Below, one piece after another: positions 50,227 through 63,054 of a DNA stretch of 64,000 bases (the first letter of the stretch is position 1; each line of letters begins with the position of its first letter). Position numbers and translations under genes: made by a program. Source of the DNA: Mobula hypostoma (Eukaryota); contig NC_086108.1 in assembly GCF_963921235.1 (NCBI RefSeq), forward strand, positions 115,074,001 to 115,138,000, read 5' to 3'. The notes beneath the pieces were generated by a model. That model saw only the letters and a list, made by a program, of their open reading frames with translations. It did no database searches and had not been told where the DNA came from.

Positions 50227-52428
50227 AAGTCTCGCAGAAACACCTGTTGGCATTAGTGAAAGACTAATGACCCTCCGTATCCCCCGGCAAAGAAACATTA
50301 TGCCACGCTTCTCGGTGCCCATGCACCAACTTTGCCATCTGAGAATGGGGCCAAGGAATGCTTTTATCAGACATTGGATGAAGCTCTTTGCCGGATCCCT
50401 AAGAATGATAAGATCCTTTTGCTTGGGGACTTCAACGCTAGGGTGGGACAGAACAACAGGATATGGAGTGGAGTGCTAGGTAGGCATGGTATTGGCAAGG
50501 TGAATGCAAATGGCATGAGGCTACTTACTCTTTGCTCTGAGCATAACCTTACCATAACCATCACCATTTTCCAGCAGAAGGCAAAATATAAGACCTTGTG
50601 GATGTACCCTCACTCTAAACTTTGGCACATGATTGACTTCATCATTGTGAGACATAGTGACATCAAGGATGTTCTCTTCACCCGTGCCATGAGAGGTGCA
50701 GAGTGTTAGACTGATCACCGTATGATTGTGGCCAAGCCATATGAAAGTGTGTCCCCCCTTGCGGCTGCAAAAACCCAATAAAAAGCAGCTAAATTGCAAC
50801 CGCCTGAGAAACACAGAAGGAAGAAATGAGTTTCGACGCATCCTAGTTGAGCAACTAAGGGAGCTGGAACCTTGCCTGAGCTCAGAAAAGACCATGGAGC
50901 AATAGTGGACCTGTATCAGCTCTGTGCTCCATGAGGTAGCAGCCCAATCCATCGGCTATAAGAGCAGGACAACACTCGCAACACGCTGGGGGAGCTCAGC
51001 AGGTCGGGCAGCATCCGTGGAAACGATGAGTCGACGTTTCGAGCCAGAACCCTTCGTCAGGACTGAAGAGGGAAGGGGCAGAGGCCCCATAAAGCAGGAA
51101 CCATCAAGACTAGTTTGACGATAACTCAGACATCATCCACAACTTGCTTAAGGCCATGCACAAAGCACATTGGGGCAACTTTAGACAACCCTTCATCCAC
51201 CAGCATCAGGCAGCATTGGCAGGCAGCTCAGAGGAAAGTGCAAAAGGCAATACAGGCCATACAAGATGAGTGATGGACTGAAAAGGTACATGAAATCCAG
51301 TCCTTTGCCGATAATAATGACATGCATAATTTTTACAATGCTGTCAAAACCACCTACGGCCCAATAAATCGATGCGTTACCCTCCTGTAAACAGCAGATG
51401 GTCGAACACTTCTGAAGAATCAGAATACCATTCTGCTGAGGTGGGCTGAGCATTTTAACACCCCGCTTAATCAGGACTTTGACGCAGACCCCACCATCCT
51501 GGACAAACTGCCTGAACTTCCTCCTATCCACAACCTCAGTCTACCACCGACCTTCCAGGAGGTTCTATCAGCTGTCCATTCCCTTAAGAACAACAAGTCT
51601 CCTGGCACTGACAATACGGAGGGTACATGTGTATACGCACCCTCTACCAGTACATCACCAAGGTCTGGACTGATGAGAACATCCCACAGCAATGGAGAAA
51701 TGCAAATATCATTGTCATTTATAAGAACAAGGGTGACAAGGCCATCTGCGGCAATAGTAGGGGCATATCACTCCTTTCTGTTGCTGGAAAGGTCCTGGCT
51801 AAGGTGATGCTTCAGAGACTCATCAGCAACATCACCGAGTCAATGCTGCCTGAATCGCAGTATGGATTTAGGAAGAACAGAAGCACGATCGACATGATCT
51901 TCACAGCCTAGCAGCTTCAGGAAAAGTGACGGGAGCAACATCAGGACCTGTTTATGGCCTTTGTCGACCTCTCCAAAGCATTCGACACTATGGAAAGAGA
52001 GCTCTTATGGGATGTGCTCTTCAGGTTTGGCTGTCCCAATAAATTTGTTAACATCCTCCACCAGTTCCACCATGGGATGACTGCTCGGGTGACCACAGGA
52101 GGACAAGAGTCCAAGCCCTTCCTTGTACGCACAGGGGTGAGGCAGGGGTGTGTGCTAGTGCCAGTGCTCTTAAACATCTTCCTCTTGTGTGTTACCAAGC
52201 TTCTCCACAACAAGATTGAAGATAGCAGCAGTGTGGCAGTGGACGTCAGATTAGATGGCAACCTCTTTGACATCAGGAGGCTCCACGCAACCACCAAACT
52301 CCGTAGAGAGCAGGTCCTGGAGCTGCAGTATGCAGACGACTGTGCTCTTTGTGGCCCATACTCCGGAGGATCTTCAGACTGTCCTTACTGTGGCGGTGAG
52401 AGCGTACAGCAAGATGGGGCTGTCAATA
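50227..52428 (+). mobile_element. RTE-clade LINE, internal fragment (APE and RT), decayed
   Basis: KECFYQTLDE...ILLLGDFNARVG, WHMIDFIIVR, RGISLLSVAGKVLAKV, AFVDLSKAFD, GVRQGCVL and LQYADDCAL motifs. Confidence 0.9.
51028..51065 (-). ncRNA. Minimal type I hammerhead ribozyme motif in a Penelope-like terminal fragment (about 50970-51092) inserted in the RTE
   Basis: Minus strand CAGTC-CTGACGA-A-GGG-TTCTGG-CTC-GAAA-CGTC-GACTC. Core boxes intact, stem I AGTC/GACT, palindromic ACGT as stem III, GTC cleavage triplet. Confidence 0.6.
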
Positions 52429-52429
52429 C

Positions 52430-52495
52430 CAGGGGTTCCCAACCCTTTTTTGCACTGCGGACCGGTTTAATATTGACAATATTCTTGCGGACCCC
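52430..52495 (+). mobile_element. Possible hAT-type transposon terminus
   Basis: CAGGGGTTCCCAACCCTTTT resembles hAT/Charlie TIRs and coincides with the RTE truncation point. No partner end seen. Confidence 0.4.
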
Positions 52496-52858
52496 ATCTA
52501 TGAGAAGAGTTCCCTAACACCTACCCTATCCAAACATTATCAACAAGACAACATCCCTCCTATCTACCCTATCCAACCCTATCAACGAGATGATTTCCCT
52601 CCTACCCACCCTATCCAACCGTATCAATAAAATGACTTCCTTACTACCTACCCTATCATCGAGATGACTTACCTACTATATACCCTGTGTAACCCCATGA
52701 TTTCGTTTAGTTCTATCAAGTTTCCCTTTAGCCTCCTATAAGCACAAAGACAACTAACCCTGCTTATTCAGCCTCTGACACACTCCTGACAGGGAATGTT
52801 CCAGCGTAACAGGCCCTTGGCCACTGGACATGCAGTCCACACAGCATCATTTACGCAC

Positions 52859-52995
52859 CTTTCCTTGTCTTCTTCGCTCCCACTCTCATACTCTGACTCC
52901 TCCTCACTGGAAACATCCATCTCCTCCTCGGAAATTGGGGGTTCCTCCGGAGGTAGGGGAGGCATGGGTGGAGGCGTGGGGAAGTATTCCTCATA
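52859..52995 (-). CDS. RNPC3: RNPC3 exon (proline-rich and acidic region)
   Basis: 137 bp, phase 0-2: YEEYFPTPPPMPPLPPEEPPISEEEMDVSSEEESEYESGSEEDKE(R). Acceptor TTTTCCAG, donor GTGCGT. Confidence 0.95.
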
Positions 52996-55634
52996 CTGGA
53001 AAAGATAATTACACAACATTTAATTAATCAGCAAGTTCAAACAGTGGGAGAACCAGTGCTTGAGCACTGATGAACTTTTGCAGCCTGACACACTTAGGAA
53101 AATGGCAGTTCATCCAAACAGACTTCCAGAAGCTTCAACACTCTTCTCACAGCAACAATCAGTCATTCTTGGGTCTGAACACATGGTACATTTCAGGTCC
53201 TTTGGCCCAGGATGTTGGCCCGTGCAAGTTGATCAGGTGATTCAGAAGACGTTTGGTGTGTTGGCCTTCATTTGTTGGGAGATTGAGAATGTCTTACGAG
53301 GATAGGTTGTGGGAGCTTAGGCTTTTCACTTTGGAGTGAAGGAGGATAGGAGGAGACTTGATAGAGTTGAACAAGATAAGAGGCATTGATATATTGGGCA
53401 GCCAGAGACATTTTCCCAGGGCTGAGAGGGCTGAAATGGCTAATACAAAGGGGCATAATTTTAAAGTGATTGATGGATAGGGAGGATGTCAGAAGTAGAA
53501 CACACTGTCAGGATGGAGGTAGAGGCTGATAGGTTTGGGACATTTACAAGGCTCTTAGAAAGTCACATGGATGATGGAAAAATGAAGGGCTATGTGGGTG
53601 GGAAGGGCAGATCGATCATAGAGTTGATTAAAGGGTCAGTACAACACTCTTGGCCAAAGGGTCTGTATTGCGTTCTACATAAATGTTGGAAGTTCAGAAG
53701 GAATGTGCAGGATTCACAAAAGGTTAACAGGTAGTCCAGCATGTGGCATATTGGCCTTTAGAGAGATCAGTTTGGTGTTGAAGAATATGGAGGTATTATT
53801 CCCAGATGTCCATGGATGCTGCCAGGCTTGCTGAGATCCTCCAGGATTGTGTGTGTGTTGCCCATATCCCTCTGCTCATTAACACTGTTAAGGGCAAAGG
53901 TCTTGTTGTTAACAGTGTACTGTCTCTCTACATTTGACTTACCAAGGTGCAACCCTTCACATTTGCCTGGGTTAAACTCCATCTGCCATTTCTCCATCCA
54001 TATCTGCAGCTGGTCTACATGATGCTGTATTCATTGCCAGTTTTCTATGCTATCCACAACACCACCAACCTTCAAACTTACTTACTTCCATGAAGTTTAG
54101 AAAACTATTGCGTAACATGATCCTAAGAGGCATTGACAGGGATGCTACGATACTACCAATAGTGGGAGAGTCTGAAACCAGGGGACATAAGTATACAACT
54201 GGGGATGGGTGTCATTTAAACCCAAGATAGATAAAAATCCTTTCTGACATGGCAGTGAATGTCTGGAATTAGCAGAGCTGTGGGTGCTGAATTAGAAGGA
54301 CAAGGTTAAAGGACAGAAATGTTTGAAAGACTAGGGTACTGAGGGCGATGGGCAACTGGCACAGAAGGGGAGATGAGGCCTGAGGCAGATCAGCCAGAGT
54401 TACATTGAACTATGGGAATTGACAGCTGTATGGCCAAGTTTGCAGATGATTCAAAGAAAGATGGAGGGACAGGTAGTGCTGAGGAAGCAGAGAGGCTACA
54501 GAAGGATTTAGACAGATTAAGAGAATGGGCGAAGCATCTGGAGTGTTGGGAAGTGTATGGTCATGGCCTTTGGTTGAAGAAATAAAAGTGTAGACTATTT
54601 TCTAAATTGAGAGAAAATTCAAAATCGGAGATAAAAAGAGACTTGGGAGTCCTTGAGCAGGACTCCATGGAAGTTAATTTGCAGGTTGAGTCTGTGGTAA
54701 GGAAGGCAAATGCGATGCTAGCATTCACTCGAGAGGACTTGAATATAAAAGCAAGGATGTAATGTTGAGGCTTTATAAATCACTGGTGAGGCTTGTGGCA
54801 AGAGTACTGTGAGTTTTTGGATCCTTATTTAAGAAAAGATGTGCTGACATCGGAAAAGGTTTAAAGGAAGTTCACGAAAATGATTCTGGATTGAAAGGCT
54901 TGTCATATGAGGAGCGTTTGACGGCTTTAAGTCTGCACTCACTGGAATTCATAAGGATGAGGTGGGGGGGATCTCATTGAAACCTACTGAATGTTGAAAG
55001 ACCTCGATAAAGTGGATGTGGAGAGGATGTTGAGATAAGCTGAGATACCCAGAGGGCACCTCCTCCAAAACGTAATTTACTTTTGGATGGCCTAACCTGG
55101 GGTCTACAACGCATTCCCTCGCCTAAGGCATGGGAGTGCACTGGAACACCCCAAAAAGGTGTACATGCCTAAAGGGGCAATTAGCTCAGCCACCTGACTG
55201 TGGAACTGTACCCTCAAACACAGACTGTCGTAGACCCTGGTGAACCAGGTGTGTTCAGTAACAAGCTGGCTGCGTGCCATGCTCCTCCTGTCGGTTCTGT
55301 TGTCCAGTGTTTGTTCGGTGGAAGACAAGCTAAATTACGCACATCTCTGGCTGTACAAGTGAGTGAGAAGGAACTACTTGCGGAACCTGACTCCAGGACA
55401 ACATCCCACGCACCATCAATATTCAGGCCATCACACTCAGGGACTTGGACTAGATTTTTTGTACATTAGTTTGGTCATGTATGCTTTTCTGCTGTATGTT
55501 TGGTATGAACTGTGTGTGGCTGTTAGCTCTGTGCTTTGTAGCTTGGCCCCAGAGAAACGTTATCTAGTTTGACTGTATTCATTCATATGGTTGAATGACA
55601 ATTAAATCTGAACTTGAATCTGATAATATCATAA

Positions 55635-57770
55635 CTTGGAATTTGGAAGCATAAATTGGAAACAGATGTTCTCAGGGAAATGTATGGAAGAAGTGTGGCA
55701 AATGTTCAGGGGATATTTGCATGGAGATCTGCACAGGTACATTCCAATGAGACATGGGAAAGGATGGCAGGGTACAGGAACCGCGGTGTACAAAGACTGT
55801 TGTAAATCTAGTCAAGAAGAAAAAGAGAGCTTACGAAAGGTTCAAAAAATTAGGTAATGATAGAGATCTAGAAGATTATAAGGCTAGCAGGAATGAGCTT
55901 AAGATTGAAATAAGGAGAGCCAGAAGGGGCCAAGAGAAGGCCTTGGCGGACAGGATTAAGGAAAACCGCAAGGCGTTCTACAAGTATGTGAAGAGCACGA
56001 GGATACGACATGAGAGAATAGGACCAATCAAGTGTGACAGTGGAAATGTGTGTATGGAACCGGAGGAAAGGGCAGAGGTACTTAATAAATACTTTGTTTC
56101 AGTATTCAATATGGAAAATAATCTTGGAGATTGCAGGGATGACTTGCAGCGGACTGAAAAGCTTGAGCATGTAGATATTAAGGAAGAGGATGTGCTGGAA
56201 TTTTTGGAAAGCATCAAGTTGCATAAGTCACTGGGACCAAATGGGATGTACCCCAGGCTACTGTGGGAAGTGAGGGAGGAGATTGCTGAGCCTCTGATGA
56301 TGATCTTTGCGTCATCAATGAGGACGGGAGAGGTTCCAGAGGATTGGAGGGTTGCGGATGTTGTTCCCTTATTCAAGAAAGGGAGTAAGGATAGCCCAGG
56401 AAATTACAGGCCAGTGAGTCTTACTTCAGTGGTTGGTAAGTTGATAGAGGAGATCCTGAGAGGCAGGATTTATGAACATTTGGAGAGGCATAATATGACT
56501 AGGAATAGTCAGCATGGCTTTGTCAAAGGCAGGTTGTGCCTTACGAGCCTGATTGAATTTTTTGAGTATGGGATTAAACACATTGATGAAGGAAGAACAG
56601 TAGATCTTGTGTTTATGGATTTCAGCAAGGCATTTGATAAGGTACCCCATGCAAGGCTTATCGAGAAAGTAAGGAGGCATGGGATCCAAGGGGACTTTGC
56701 TTTGTGGATCCAGAACTGGCTTGCCCAGAGGGAAAAGAGTAGTTGTAGTCAGGTCATATTCTGCATGGAAGCCGGTGACCAGTGGTGTACCTCAGGGATC
56801 TGTTCTGGGACCCCTGCTCTTTGTGATTTTGTGACCTGGATGAGGAAGTGGAGGGATGGGTTAGTAAGTTTGCTGATGACACAAAGGTTGGAGGTGTTGT
56901 GGATAGTGTGGAGGGCTGTCAGAGGTTACAGCGGGACATTGATAGGATGCAAAACTGGGCTGAGAAGTGGCAGATGGAGTTCAGCCCAGATAAGTGTGAG
57001 GTGGTTCATTTTGGTAAGTCAAATATGATGGCAGAATATAGCATTAATGGTAAGACTCTTGGCAGCGTGGAGGATCAGAGGGATCTTGGGGTCCAAGTCC
57101 ATAGGACACTCAATGCTGCTATGCAAGTTGACTCTATGGTTAAGAAGGCATACGGCACATTGGCCTTCATCAATTGTGGGATTGAGTTTAAGAGCCGAGA
57201 GGTAATGTTGCAGCTATATAGGACCCTGGTCAGATATCACTTGGAGTACTGTGATCAGTTCTGGTCATCTCACTACCGGAAGGACGTGGAAACCATAGAA
57301 AGGTGCAGAGGAAATTTACAAGGATGTTGCCTGGATTGGGGAGCATGCCTTATGAGAATAGAATACGAGAACTCGGCCTTTTCTCCTTGGAGCAACAGAG
57401 GATGAGAAGTGACCTGATAGAGGTGTACAAGATAATGAGAGGCATTGATCATGTGGATAGTCAGAGGCTTTTCCCCAGGGCTGAAATGGCGAGCACGACA
57501 GAGCATAGTTTTAAGGTGCTTGGAAGTAGGTACAGTGGAGATGTCAGGGGTAAGTTTTTTTTAAACGGAGAGAGTGGTGAGTGCATGGAATGGGCTGCTG
57601 GCGACGGTGGTGGAGGTAGAAACCATAGGGTCTTTTAAGAGACTCCTGGATGGATACATGGAGCTCAGAAAAATAGAGGGCTATGGGTTAGCCTAGGTAG
57701 TTCTAAGGTAAGGACATGTTTGGACAGCTTTGTGGGCCGAAGGGCCTGTATTGCGCTGTATGTTTCTATG
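55635..57770 (+). mobile_element. CR1 LINE ORF2 (RT), 5'-truncated, relatively young
   Basis: Long open frames: PGNYRPVSLTSVVGK, SQHGFVKGRLCLTSLIEFF, MDFSKAFDKVPH and KFADDTK. Tail TGTTTCTATG. Confidence 0.93.
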
Positions 57771-58459
57771 ATAGTCACCATGGAGCAGGCTGTTGTTCAC
57801 AATTTACTAAATTAACTGGATTTGAACTCATGGTTCTGCTGGTTCAGCGGAGTCATAGAGTCAAACAGCACAGAGACAGGACTTTTGACCCATTGAGTGC
57901 ATGCTGACCATCAGCTATCCAGACACCAATCCTACATTGATCTGATTTCCCTCCAGATTCCACCCCTCACCCACACACTGGTGACCAAGTAACCACCAAC
58001 CCGTACGTCCTTGGGATGTGTAAGGGAACAGGAACAGCCGGCAGGGAAACCCACAAGTCACATGGAGAACGTACAAACTGCACATGGACAGCCCCATAAG
58101 TGGTGATGGAAGCTGGGTCTCGGGAGCCTTGAGGTAGCAGCTCTACTCGCTGGGCCACCAGTGCAGAGATTTCACCGTCCCACCCGCTGCTAGGTTTGGA
58201 TGATGTGAGTAGTGGAGGTTGACAGCCAACTGCTGCTCCTGTCCCTCATCTCTCTTTTGTGGATGCCTGAAGAACATGCTGCTCCCCCAGGGGCCATCCC
58301 AAACCCCAATACACCCCACATTTCCTCACCACACCCCACTACACTCTGAGGGGAGTGTCACCATGTAAACACAACTCTGAGTTCCCCCCCTCTCTGCAGG
58401 GTGTACACGAGGCTGAGGGCAAAATGGGAAAACTGCTGATTGCTGTAAGCTCTCATTAC

Positions 58460-58528
58460 CATTGGAGGACGAGCAGTGATGGGACCAAATGGAGACGGTA
58501 AATTCATCTTGTTCATTAGGTGCAGAAC
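58460..58528 (-). CDS. RNPC3: RNPC3 exon
   Basis: 69 bp, phase 0-0: VLHLMNKMNLPSPFGPITARPPM. Acceptor TTTTTACAG, donor GTAATG. Confidence 0.96.
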
Positions 58529-58782
58529 CTGTAAAAACACAGGGAACGTGTTGGTTATTTAGTACTTTGATCACCTTGTGACTTCCTGAAGCATTTTACA
58601 GCCAATTCATCAGGCAGTGTAACATTCAATGTACTGTATATATATAAAATAAATTAGTGAGGTAGTGTTCATGGGTTCATTGACCGTACAGAAACTGACG
58701 GCAGAGGGAAGATGCTGTTCCTAAAACGTTAAGCATGTGTCTTTACTTCCTCGCTGATGGTGCCAATGAGAAGAAGGCATGT

Positions 58783-58997
58783 CCTGAGTGATGTGGGGTC
58801 CTAAGTGATGTGGGGTCCTGAGTGATGTGGGGTCCTGGGTGATGTGGGGTCCTGGGTGATGTGGGGTCCTGGGTGATGTGGGGTCCTAAGTGATGTGGGG
58901 TCCTAAGTGATGTGGGGTCCTGAGTGATGTGGGGTCCTGGGTGATGTGGGGTCCTGAGTGATGTGGGGTCCTGGGTGATGTGGGGTCCTGAGTGATG
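58783..58997. repeat. 17-bp tandem repeat (about 12 copies) inside a minus-strand Rex1-like fragment
   Basis: Unit CCTG(A/G)GTGATGTGGGGT at 58817, 58834 and onward. It is the reverse complement of the DPHHPG-coding segment, and LINE sequence continues on both flanks. Confidence 0.9.
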
Positions 58998-59637
58998 GAT
59001 GTTGCCTTTTTTGAGGGATCACCATTTGAAGGTGTCTTCGATGCTGGGGAGGCTAGTGCCCACGATGGAGCTGACTGAGTTTAGGGCCACTCACAGGTCA
59101 GAAGAGAGTAATAAAAAAGGTAAATGCAACGTTACCATTCATTTCAGAGGACTGGAATATAACAGCAAGGCTGTAATGCTGAGGCTTCATAAGGCATTGG
59201 TCAGACCATATCTGGAATACTGTGAGCAGCTTTGGGCCCCTTATCCAAGAAAAGAAGTGCTGGCATTGGAAAGGGTACGAGCAGGTTTACAAGACTGATC
59301 CTGGAAATTAAAGGGTTAATGTACAAGGCCTGTGCTCACTGGAATTTAGAAGGATGAGGGGGAATCACATTGAAACCTACCAAATAATAAAAGGCCAAGC
59401 CATTGAGTATATTGAAAGTGCAGATTGATAGGTTCTTGATTAGTCAGAGCATCAAGGTTACGGGGAGAAGGCAGGAGAATGGGGTTGAGAGGGTTAATAA
59501 ACCAGGCATGATGGATTGGAGCAGGTTTGATGGGCCGTGTGGTTTAATTCTGTTCCTATGTCTCTATATCTTATATCGATCAAACTGCTGAGACACTGCG
59601 CAGCTGAGAGCTGGAAGAGGGTTTGAAAATAAATTAC

Positions 59638-59749
59638 CTGCACGTAGAACTTGGGCACGCTTGCCATGGCGTTGGCAATGTTGGCAAGGATGACGCTGGT
59701 TGGCGGTGGGTACAGGTACTTCAGACACGGGTTCGGAGGGTAGGTCAGT
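59638..59749 (-). CDS. RNPC3: RNPC3 exon (most 5' exon found in this window)
   Basis: 112 bp, phase 2-0: LTYPPNPCLKYLYPPPTSVILANIANAMASVPKFYVQ. Acceptor TTGCAG, donor GTAATT. The N-terminal RRM exons were not found and presumably lie beyond 64000. Confidence 0.96.
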
Positions 59750-60222
59750 CTGCAACATGGAATGGGACAAAGCTGGTCAGGCCGAGACAATCAATATCAC
59801 ACACTCAGGACAGACACTTGTACCAGCAGCCTGACTGATGTCTAAACCAGTCAGAACAGGACAACTGGCCAAAGAGCAGTGAATGGGACGCACTGTAAAT
59901 TCATCTGGTCTCATCTGCTATCAGTCCCACTTTAACCTGTATGGCTGGCTGTCTGGCATGGAAAGCTATGATGATGACCCGTGCTAACCGCTAAACATTA
60001 CCTTTATTCCTCACGTATTCAGTGAAATGTGCCTTTTGCATTAACAACCAACACCCAAAGATGTTCTGGAGGCAGCCTGCAAGCATCACCATGCATTCCG
60101 GTGCCAACAGAGCACGGCTACAATGTTCAGCAGAGCAACAACAGTGAGGCCATCTGTTGATCAGCATCGACAATGGATGTTGTGTCCCAGCTATTTACGT
60201 GATACGGAAGCCAGGGCAGTAT

Positions 60223-60933
60223 AGAACATAGAATAGTACAGCACAGTACAGGCCCTTTGGCCCACGATGTTGTGCCGACCCTCAAACCCTGCCTCCCATA
60301 TAAGACCCCACCTTAAATTCCTCCATATACCTGTCTAGTACTCTCTTAAACTTCACTAGTGTATCTGCCTCCACCACTGACTCAGGCAGTGCATTCCACG
60401 CACCAACCACTCTCTGAGTAAAAACCTTCCTCTAATATCCCCCTTCAACTTCCCACCCCTTACCTTAAAGCCATATCCTCTTGTATTGAGCAGTGGTGCC
60501 CTGGGGAAGAGGCGCTGGCTACCCACTCTATCTATTCCTCTTATTATCTTGTACACCTCTATCATGTCTCCTCTCATCCTCCTTCTCTCCAAAGAGTAAA
60601 AGCCCTAGCTCCCTTAATCTCTGATCATAATGCATACTCTCTAAACCAGGCAGCATCCTGGTAAATCTCCTCTGTACCCTTTCCAATGCTTCCACATCCT
60701 TCCTATAGTGAGGCGACCAGAACTGGACATAGTACTCCAAGTGTGGCCAAACCAGAGTTTTATAGAGCTGCATCATTACATCGCGACTCTTAAACTCTAT
60801 CCCTCGACTTATGAAAGCTAACAACCCATAAGCTTTCTTAACTACCCTATCCACCTGTGAGGCAACTTTCAGGGATCTGTGGACATGTACCTCCAGATCC
60901 TTCTGCTCCTCCACACTTCCAAGTATCCTACTA
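60223..60933 (-). mobile_element. CR1 3' fragment inserted into an older short repeat (about 60165-61208)
   Basis: LYKTLVWPHLEY...ERRRMRGDMIEVYKI motifs. AGTAT is repeated at 60218-60222 and 60934-60938. Confidence 0.85.
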
Positions 60934-61266
60934 AGTATGATATAGGGAGCAAGCTGTTGACAATACAGCAGGCTTCCCCTCCCCAGGCAGCTGATGAATC
61001 CAAACGAATGGCAGAGACTGATACAGCTCTGCACTGGTGGCGTTGCAGGAGTTTCCAGTCAGCGTTGAACTCAACTGAAACTCCAGATCTTTCCTTGGGG
61101 TTTATTCCCAAAGTGAGTAGAGGCAAGGCAGTGGAGGTTTGAGATCAGAGTTTTCTTTCCCCTAGATGAGCTGCCAACCATGGCTGACGAGTCCCATCAG
61201 CCCAGAACAGTACACAACAAGCCACAAAAAGAGTGTCCATTTCTCTCTCTCACCCACACACGTATA

Positions 61267-63054
61267 CAGTACTGTGCAAAAGTCTTAGGCCTGCGATTTT
61301 TGATATAAATTTTGTTTTAGATGTTTATTTTATGTCTTCTGGAATTTTTTTTATAGGCATCTGTTAGTTTCGTGAGACCATGGATTTGTGCCTTGGAAGG
61401 TTTCCAGGGCGCAGGCCTGGGTAAGGTCGTATGGAAGAACGGCAGTTGCCCAAACTGCAAGTCTCCCCTCTTTATGCCACCGATGTTGTCCAAGGGAAAG
61501 GCACTGGGACCGATACAGCCTGGCACCGGTGTTGTCACAGAGCAATGTGTAGTTAAGTGCCTTGCTCAAGGACACAACACGTTGCCTCAACTGAGGCTCG
61601 AACTAGTGACCTTCAGATCACTAGACGAGCACCTTAGCCACTTGGAATATGGCGTCAGTAGAAAAGAGCAAATTTTAGATTTCCATTTTCCAAAAAAGTT
61701 AAATGTTAAAGATAAATGTTTGCATACACAAAGATAACAAGGTGCTACTAATCAATGACATAATGAGTTGAATGAACTAAACTGATTAACTGAAACAGAA
61801 ACCGGCGGAGAAGGAATCAAACCGGGTGAGGGACAACCAAACTGAAAGGTGAGGGTGTGGCAGAAGTGATAGTCCAACCTTCAATTCATCAATTCTTACA
61901 CCATGGCAAGAGTCAGCAGAGCAACAAGACACATCCTAGAAGACACTAGACCCTAGAATACTACAGCACAGTACAGGCCCTTCGGCGCTCAATGTTGTGC
62001 TGACTGCATCAGCAAGGTCTCTCTCAAGGAGACATTTTGCATCGGACAGAAGTTTTAAGATGTGTTGTCCATGCTCTTCTGAAGAAGCACAGAGGATGAG
62101 GACCAGAAACACACTGGCTGGCCACAGAAACTGAGTGCAACACACGAGAGATAATCAAACCGACATCCCTTCTAAATCAGAAGTAGTCCAGCACTGCCAT
62201 CAGCTCAGAACTCACAGAAACACTGGAACCCAAATACAGCTCTCTACAGTCTGGAGAAGTCTTGTCAGAAGTGGTCTTCATGGAAGAGTTGCTGCCAAAA
62301 AGTCATTCCTCTGAAGTGAAAACAAAGCCAAGAGACTTGCGAACACACAAAAATACAAGGACTGGGGTGCTAAACAATGGCAGCAAGTGCTCTGGACTGA
62401 TGAGTCAAAATACGAAATTTTTAATTTAAGCAGCAAGCAATTTGTCTGTTGAAGAACTAGAGAGCACTACATGGATGAGTGTCTGCAGTCAACATTGAAG
62501 CACAGAGGAGGTTCCCAGCAGGTTTGAGGCTACATTTCTGCAAATGGAGAAGGTGACCTGGTCAGAAGTAATGGAATCCTCAATGCTGAAAAGTACAAGC
62601 AGATTTCCATCCATCACACAATACCATCAGGGAGGTGTCTGATCAGTCCCAACTTCATTCTGCAGCAGGACAATGATCCGAAACACACAGCCGAGGTCAT
62701 AAAGAACTACCTTCAGCAAAAGGAAGAACAAGCAGTTAATATGTCCTCCACAGAGCAGGGAGACAGCCAAAGTCTGCAGAGGAACTGTGGCAAGTTCTCC
62801 AAGATGCTTTGAACAACCTACCAGCCGATTTCCTTATAAAACAGCACAACGGTGTACCTGAGAGAACTGATGCAGCTTTCAAGGCAAAGGGTGGTCACAC
62901 CAAATATTGATTTGATTTAGTTTTTTTTTAACTGTTTACTGCTCTTGAAAGTATCTTTTTTGATATTTAGAAGCTTTATATTTCATTATTTTTGAAAGCA
63001 TTTTCACTTTACACAATTTGTTTTATATGTGTTTAAGACTTTGACACAACACTG
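61267..63054 (+). mobile_element. Tc1 transposon, both ends present, decayed transposase (about 61903-62910), two nested insertions
   Basis: TA-CAGTACTGTGCAAAAGTCTTAGGC ... GTTTAAGACTTTGACACAACACTG-TA (18/24 inverted match). Motifs VLWTDESK, FILQQDNDPKHT and AKGGHTKY*. The SPDLNPIE segment is missing. Confidence 0.92.
61342..61641 (-). mobile_element. tRNA-derived SINE with A-tail, nested in the Tc1
   Basis: Minus strand GTGGCTAAGG (A box), GTTCGAGCC (B box), GTGTCCTTGAGCAAGGCACTTAAC, and end GCCTATAAAAAAAA. Confidence 0.75.

Noticed and set aside
61560..61641. tRNA gene (A and B boxes)
   Set aside because: It continues into a SINE body and A-tail, and no complete cloverleaf was seen.
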